A stretch of 64,000 bases of DNA from a candidate division FCPU426 bacterium. Its GTDB lineage: Bacteria > Oederibacteriota > Muellerivitia > Muellerivitales > Muellerivitaceae. Position numbers and translations under genes: made by a program. The notes under the pieces were generated by a model. It ran no database searches. It had not been told where the DNA came from and saw only the letters and a list, made by a program, of their open reading frames with translations. Below, in pieces: positions 58,521 through 64,000 of this stretch. Numbering within the stretch: the stretch's first letter is position 1; each line of letters begins with the position of its first letter. The stretch covers positions 32,001-96,000 of the forward strand of contig CAWKAR010000024.1 of the NCBI GenBank assembly GCA_963847625.1, read 5' to 3'.

Positions 58521-59881
58521 GGCGCATGAATTGTCGAAGGATTCTATTCGTTTCAATCTTGGCCGCAAGCACGGCGGGTTGGGCCCAGGACCAGCCGCTC
58601 CCGGCGGGACAGACCCTGACCGTGGAGGAAGCCCAGCAGGAGGCGGTGGAGCGTTCCCCGTTTTACCACCAGGCCCAGGCTGCGGAAAGGGAGGCCTCCT
58701 GGGGCCAATTCGAGGCGCTTTCCCAAGGTTTCCTTCCGCATGTTTCCATCGGCGGAAAATATTTCATGAGCGAAAAATATGGGCAAGAAATGATTGCCTT
58801 TCCGGGCTCCGGCTCGATCCCTTTCATTGAGAATTTTCCAGTCGCCACCCTGGCTTTGGACGCGCAATATGACCTATTCGACGGATTGCAGAATATCCAC
58901 AATCTTAACGCCGCCAACCATAGGCATGAAGCCGCGAAAATCCTTTCCGACTGGGCCGAATTCCAGCTGAGGGAAAACCTGCGGCTGGCCTTCTGCCAAG
59001 CCATGGCCGCCAAGAAGATTTCCGACATGGCGGACCAGAACGTGAAAACCCTGGAGGACCACCTTCGCATCGTTAATGACCAATTAGAGAACGGCCAGGC
59101 TACCAAGTACGACGTGCTTCGGGTGGAAGTCCAGCTCTCGGAGGCCAAAACGGACCAGATTTCCGCCCATGACAACGTCATCCTGACCCGGGAGAACCTG
59201 GCGCGCGCCATGGGGCTGAAGAAGGACGACCGTCCCCTCTCGGGGGAATTACCGGTCCTGGACGCCGCCGCCATCATGGCTGACGTCCAAACCGTGGATT
59301 TCAAGGACCGCCCCGACCTGAAGGCGAAGGAACTCCAAGCGCAGGCCGCTTTGGACCAGAGCGCGGCCGCCCATTCCTTCTGGTTTCCCCGGATTTCCCT
59401 CATGGGGGAATGCCAATGGTATGACGCCCAGGATTATTCTTCCTTGAACCCTCCAGTCATTACCAACTCGGGGAACTTCAATAATAGTTATTTTATTGGT
59501 GCCGCCGCCACCTGGGACATCCTGGACGGGGGTTTGTCGGTGGCGAAGGCCAACGAGGCCAGCGAGAAGGCGAAGGAATCGAAGGATGACCTGGAAGCCT
59601 CCCAATTGGACGCGCCCTACAACTACGACCTTTGGAAGCGGCGGCTGGTGTCCAACGTGGCCATTTACCAGGCCAAGCTCACCGACATTGACAAGGCCCA
59701 GGAAAGCGTCCGACTGGCCACACTGGGTTTCAAAGCGGGAACCCGGACCACCACGGACGTCCTGGACGCAGAGCTGGACCTGTTCCGGGCCTCCGCGGGG
59801 GTGGTGCAGGCCCAAGTCTCCGCCATCGAGGCGTTGGTCAACCTGGAAATGGCGGTGGGAAAGAGGATCGGCCATGAGTAA
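58517..59881 (+). CDS. TolC-family outer-membrane efflux protein
   Basis: Signal peptide, two OEP repeats, GTRTTTDVLDAE. Confidence 0.92.
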   Translation: MRRMNCRRILFVSILAASTAGWAQDQPLPAGQTLTVEEAQQEAVERSPFYHQAQAAEREASWGQFEALSQGFLPHVSIGGKYFMSEKYGQEMIAFPGSGSIPFIENFPVATLALDAQYDLFDGLQNIHNLNAANHRHEAAKILSDWAEFQLRENLRLAFCQAMAAKKISDMADQNVKTLEDHLRIVNDQLENGQATKYDVLRVEVQLSEAKTDQISAHDNVILTRENLARAMGLKKDDRPLSGELPVLDAAAIMADVQTVDFKDRPDLKAKELQAQAALDQSAAAHSFWFPRISLMGECQWYDAQDYSSLNPPVITNSGNFNNSYFIGAAATWDILDGGLSVAKANEASEKAKESKDDLEASQLDAPYNYDLWKRRLVSNVAIYQAKLTDIDKAQESVRLATLGFKAGTRTTTDVLDAELDLFRASAGVVQAQVSAIEALVNLEMAVGKRIGHE

Positions 59882-60728
59882 CGGGAGGAAAAATTTATTC
59901 ATTAGGGGAGCCGTTATTATCGCGGCGGTGCTGGCCGCGTTTTTCATCGTGCGCGCATACCTTTGGGAATCCACCGACGACGCCTATGTCCAGGCCCATT
60001 CCTTGATGCTTTCGGCCCGGATCGGCGGGACCGTTCAAAAAGTGCTGGTGGACGAGAACGACAAGGTCAAGGCGGGCCAACTCCTGGCGCAAATCGATGA
60101 CCGGGACTACTCCGCGGCCTACAACCAGGCGGTGGCCGACGAGGCCTCCATCCAGGCCGACTTGGAGCAGGCCTCGCTTGATTACGAAAGAGTTTCAAAA
60201 CTTTACAAGGAAGCGGCCGTCTCCAAACAGCAATATGACGCGGCCCTGGCCCGCTTCCGGAACCTCCAGTCCCGGCTGAAAGCCGACCAGTTCAAGGCCG
60301 ACCAAGCCAAGCTGAACCTGGGCTACACCCAGATCACCGCGCCTGAGGACGGGGCCATCGCCAAGAAGTCGGTGGAACCCGGCATGGTGATTCCTCCCGG
60401 CCAGGCTTTGTTCGGTTTTGTGAGTTCCCAGGAACGGTGGGTGACGGCTAATTTCAAGGAAACCCAGCTTTCCCGCGTCAAGATCGGGCAGAAAGTGGAC
60501 GTCGAAGTGGACGCGCTGAACGGGAAGAAATTACAGGGAGTGGTGGATTCCATAGGTTCCGCCACGGGTTCCACCTTCACACTGCTTCCCCCGGACAATT
60601 CCACGGGTAACTTCACCAAAGTGGTCCAGCGGGTACCGGTCAAGATCAAGCTCTTGAACCTGACTTCAGAGGCTATCGACCGCTTGGCGGCGGGCCTTTC
60701 CGCGGTCGTGGACGTTCGGGTCCATTAA
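59874..60728 (+). CDS. EmrA/HlyD-family periplasmic adaptor
   Basis: STDDAYV, ANFKETQL, LLPPDNSTGNFTKVVQRVPV. Confidence 0.93.
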   Translation: MSNGRKNLFIRGAVIIAAVLAAFFIVRAYLWESTDDAYVQAHSLMLSARIGGTVQKVLVDENDKVKAGQLLAQIDDRDYSAAYNQAVADEASIQADLEQASLDYERVSKLYKEAAVSKQQYDAALARFRNLQSRLKADQFKADQAKLNLGYTQITAPEDGAIAKKSVEPGMVIPPGQALFGFVSSQERWVTANFKETQLSRVKIGQKVDVEVDALNGKKLQGVVDSIGSATGSTFTLLPPDNSTGNFTKVVQRVPVKIKLLNLTSEAIDRLAAGLSAVVDVRVH

Positions 60729-60830
60729 TATTCGGTTGGGATATCAGGCCCGCCTGTGATCGGGTTTAATCCCAAGTTGAATATAAAGGGTTCTTCTTAT
60801 GAAATCCGAAAAAGGGATTCCCCCGAACCC

Positions 60831-60968
60831 GGCATGCCGGGATTCAGCAAGACCCTGACGGACGATCAGGTCTGGAAGCTGGCCCTTTTCCTCTAGCACA
60901 TGGATTCCTTGCCCGCCAAAGCGCAGATCGCCTGGAAAGCTATCCCTAGCGCCGCGAATCTGCCCTGA
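60831..60968 (+). pseudogene. Cytochrome c C-terminal remnant
   Basis: GMPGFSKTLTDDQVWKLALFL*HMDSLPAKAQIAW with in-frame TAG at 60894; no CxxCH or 5' half. Confidence 0.65.
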
Positions 60969-61106
60969 GTGGTTCGATTGGGCTCACCACTGGTTTGTCG
61001 AACGGGCCAGTACGCAAGGCCTGCAATCCAGTTCCTGATACTCAGTAACCCAATTCCGAGCACCCAAAACCCATTAAAGGGCCTCAACCCCCTAAACGGA
61101 ACCGGA

Positions 61107-61162
61107 CGAACCCATTAAACGGGGCGGAACCCATTAAACGGAGCCGGGCGAACCCATTAAAC
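61107..61162 (-). repeat. Triple GTTTAATGGGTTC block, inverted copy of 11088-11143
   Basis: 54/56 identity. Confidence 0.95.
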
Positions 61163-61163
61163 G

Positions 61164-61652
61164 GGAGATAAACTGCCCACAAACCCAGTGTCATTTGCCG
61201 GTAGGGGAGGATAACCCGCCCACAAATCCAGTGTCATTTACCGGCAGGGGAGGATAACCCGCCCACATTCCCAGTGTCATCTGCCGGAAAGGGAGGATAA
61301 CCCGCCCACAAACCCAGTGTCATTTGCCGGTAGGGGAGATAAAGTGCCCACATTTCCAGTACAGGGGAGGATAACCCGCCCACATTCCCAGTGTCATTTG
61401 CCGGAAGGGAGGATAAACCGCCCACATTTCCGGTGTCATTTACTGGCAGGGGAGATAACCCGCCCACATTCCCGGTAGAATCTGTCGGCGGGGGGGATAA
61501 ACTGCCCACATACCCGGTAGACACTATCGGCAAAACCGGTAGACAAGCCCGAAAACCAGTAGACACCGTCGGCAAAACCGGTAGAAAAAGCAGAACCGCT
61601 AGAATGCACAGGAGGATAAACGCCCACATTCTCGATGTCATTTGCCGGTAAG
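61164..61652. repeat. ~43-bp degenerate tandem array (GGAGGATAACCCGCCCACA..CCAGTGTCATTTGCCGG)
   Basis: 10 units, one truncated; interrupted by a short CCGGTAGA sub-array. Confidence 0.95.
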
Positions 61653-61888
61653 GGGCCTGTCTACCGAAGCCGCCTGTCCCTCGACCAGTCTTCCGTAGCT
61701 TTTAGCGAAGGAAGAAGCTCGAAGAGCGTAGTGAGATAGCGAAGGTGGGTCAATACTGGTACCACGGGCTTCGAGACTGTGTCATAACTCAGTTTTGGAC
61801 AACCGGACCCATTTATTTATTGAAGTTTTGGGCCATGAAGTCTTCAAAAAAGCTTTTATGACACAGTCTCTTCGCTCGTGGGGCTCCA

Positions 61889-62077
61889 TTGGACCATGTC
61901 CAGCGGAACGGCCAAGTCAAAACCGGCGCTATGGTGGATGCCTTGGGAAGTCCAAGGCGGACCGTGGTCCGTAACCTGAACAAGTTAATCGCCGATGGGC
62001 GGTTGGTCAGGGAAGGCAATGGCGCCGGCGCGGTTTACCGGCTCAACAACAACCTGAAAGAAGATAGGTTTAATTAA
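61889..62077 (+). pseudogene. Winged-HTH C-terminal fragment (Fic/RecG-like tail)
   Basis: RRTVVRNLNKLIADGRLVREGNGAGAVYRL; no N-terminal domain. Confidence 0.55.
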
Positions 62078-62146
62078 CCATCCAACTGGGTCCGAATTAC
62101 TTAAAATGTTGTCTGTCAGCTAGGCCCCATAAATTTACATTGTTGA

Positions 62147-63679
62147 ATGTTCACTATCGTCCGTTGCGGAGCGGGTGATCAGGCACCTTTTTTTTGGTTG
62201 AACGTCTCTGAACTTAGTGGAAGGGCGGTGGGTTGGAACTACGACGACCTCTACCGTTTGATCAACGAGACGGTCACAAGTCCAAAACCAGCCGACCCGA
62301 CGGGAGGGGTGACCTACACCTATGACCCCGTGGGGAACCGGCTAACGAGAAATTCGAGTTTAACAGGCATTTCAAACCAAAACCTCGTATATGACGGTAC
62401 CGGGGATGATCGGATGACCTCGGATGGAGCCTCACCCTCGGCAAATTATAGTTACGACCTCAACGGCTCAGTCACCCAGGCCGGGCCTTCAGGGTCTGTG
62501 ACGGTTTACACCTATGACAGCTTGGCCCGGTTGACAAGTGTTACGGCACCGAGCCTAGCGGAAACATTTATCTATGACGGGGATGGAAACAAAGACAGCC
62601 AGACTATTAACGGTGTAACCACTAATTTCCTGGTCGATACCCATAGCCTGACCGGCTATGCACAAGTGGTAGATGAAATACAAAATGGAAGCGTAACCCG
62701 CACCTACACTTATGGAACTAGCCGCATTTCTGAAGACCAATTCAATGGAACAAGCTGGAACTTGAGTTACTTCGGCTATGACGGTCAGGGCTCTGTTCGT
62801 TATTTAATGGACTCAAACGGAAATATAACTGACCAACTGGACTATGATGTCTTTGGAACGCTGATAAATCAAACCCACGTGGGAACACCAACACCAAATG
62901 TTTATTTCTATGATGGAGAACAATTAGACGAGGATACCGGGAACTACTATTTAAGAGCCCGCTGGATGAATCCTGGAATTGGAAGATTTCAGACGATGGA
63001 CACGTTTGAGGGTGATCCAAATGATCCTCTGACATTACATAAATATTCCTTTGGCTCTAATAATCCGGAAAATATGATTGATCCAAGTGGTAATGAAGGA
63101 GAAGAAGGTAATCCTACAATTAATGTCCAATTACCAAAATGGCCTGCTAATGAAGTTTCTAATGTCATGAATGCAGTGGAGGGGATAGGATGGAATAATC
63201 AGCAAATTCAAAATTCTCTTTATAGAGAATGCGGAGATTTTTTATCTGGGGTTGATGACGTATTCCTTGTTTACCTGGATAAAGCTCACGTGGAAATAAA
63301 CGACCAAAAATGGTCTCGAAAATACAATCTGCCACTTCCGCCAGTTCAACCTCCTTTTTTAACAGCTGGTCAACAAAAAGAACTTACTGATGATCCAAAT
63401 GCTATGGACCGATATAACAATATAGGTTTGGCTGTGGCACAAGCAAGGCAGGAAGATAGTAATGGATCTGATCCAACATTCAATGCAATCTATTTCCGTG
63501 ATAGAACCACCTCTAGTAAAGTTAACACTGTAGATACAGATAAAAATGGGGTACAGCATATAAATAATTATGATGGTTTTTTACACACGCAAAGACATGT
63601 TAAAGGGCTAGAAGAAAAAAAGGTGCTTATACTCACAAATATACAGATATATGGGCTTGCACTTTCGGGAGGCCATTAA
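62147..63679 (+). CDS. Orphan RHS-core protein with C-terminal toxin domain
   Basis: YD repeats, YYLRARWMNPGIGRFQTMD, NPENMIDPSG junction, then an AT-rich C-terminus; 5' truncated. Confidence 0.9.
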   Translation: MFTIVRCGAGDQAPFFWLNVSELSGRAVGWNYDDLYRLINETVTSPKPADPTGGVTYTYDPVGNRLTRNSSLTGISNQNLVYDGTGDDRMTSDGASPSANYSYDLNGSVTQAGPSGSVTVYTYDSLARLTSVTAPSLAETFIYDGDGNKDSQTINGVTTNFLVDTHSLTGYAQVVDEIQNGSVTRTYTYGTSRISEDQFNGTSWNLSYFGYDGQGSVRYLMDSNGNITDQLDYDVFGTLINQTHVGTPTPNVYFYDGEQLDEDTGNYYLRARWMNPGIGRFQTMDTFEGDPNDPLTLHKYSFGSNNPENMIDPSGNEGEEGNPTINVQLPKWPANEVSNVMNAVEGIGWNNQQIQNSLYRECGDFLSGVDDVFLVYLDKAHVEINDQKWSRKYNLPLPPVQPPFLTAGQQKELTDDPNAMDRYNNIGLAVAQARQEDSNGSDPTFNAIYFRDRTTSSKVNTVDTDKNGVQHINNYDGFLHTQRHVKGLEEKKVLILTNIQIYGLALSGGH

Positions 63680-63680
63680 A

Positions 63681-64000
63681 ATGAAAATATTATCTTTTAC
63701 CATCTTGATTTTATTAACGAATCTCGTTTTTGGTCATAACATAATTAATGAAATGAAATATGTGGATTCTGCTCTTAAAGTAACTAGGTTGTTCGACGAT
63801 AAAAATGAGTATAAAAAATTAAAAATAAATATAGATAAAGAAATAAAATTTGATTCCATCCATGGTGGGCACGAAGGCGCATTTTTAATAATTAGAACAG
63901 ATACAAATCGGGCGTCTTTTTTGAATTTATATTTTGATGCACAAGATAAAATTACAGTAATGATGGATGCAGACGTTGATATTAAAAAAGATGGGACGTT
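63681..64000 (+). CDS. Probable exported immunity protein (partial)
   Basis: ATG 1 bp after the RHS stop, GGAGG upstream, MKILSFTILILLTNLVFG signal peptide, AT-rich. Confidence 0.7.
   Translation, partial: MKILSFTILILLTNLVFGHNIINEMKYVDSALKVTRLFDDKNEYKKLKINIDKEIKFDSIHGGHEGAFLIIRTDTNRASFLNLYFDAQDKITVMMDADVDIKKDGT

Noticed and set aside
11088..61162. A 50-kb transposon or prophage bounded by the inverted repeats
   Set aside because: The interior is housekeeping (thyX, queG, zwf, tkt) with no phage genes or dedicated transposase/integrase; kept only as a junction or inversion hypothesis.
61164..61652. CRISPR or guide-RNA-type array
   Set aside because: Units are similar along their whole length, with no unique spacers and no cas-like gene in the window.

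Overview
Bacterial chromosomal window. A ~49-kb mostly housekeeping block (cstA, MFS, AAA/VWA pair, thyX, mqnD, queG, ABC/AttH-like operon, pstS-like, zwf-opcA-pgl, tkt, rhomboid, PAS kinase, GT-C glycosyltransferases, NCS2, marR-tolC-emrA) lies between two accessory zones. The left zone (1-10.3 kb) holds an AT-rich secreted protein, a GH9 glycoside hydrolase bracketed by 17-bp inverted repeats, an IS30-split SIR2-family gene and a Rad50/RloC-like ATPase. The right zone (61.8-64 kb) holds an HTH relic and an orphan RHS toxin/immunity pair. Both core/accessory junctions (10.6-11.6 kb and 60.9-61.7 kb) are non-coding composite repeat loci. They share a 56-bp triple-motif block (2 mismatches) and an exact 22-bp motif in inverted orientation, and each carries its own tandem array built on a CGGGTTATC core. 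There are three 1055-bp IS30 copies with 3-bp target duplications and many nested palindromic intergenic elements. No rRNA, tRNA or CRISPR array was recognised. All product calls come from motif reading by eye; no database search was run.
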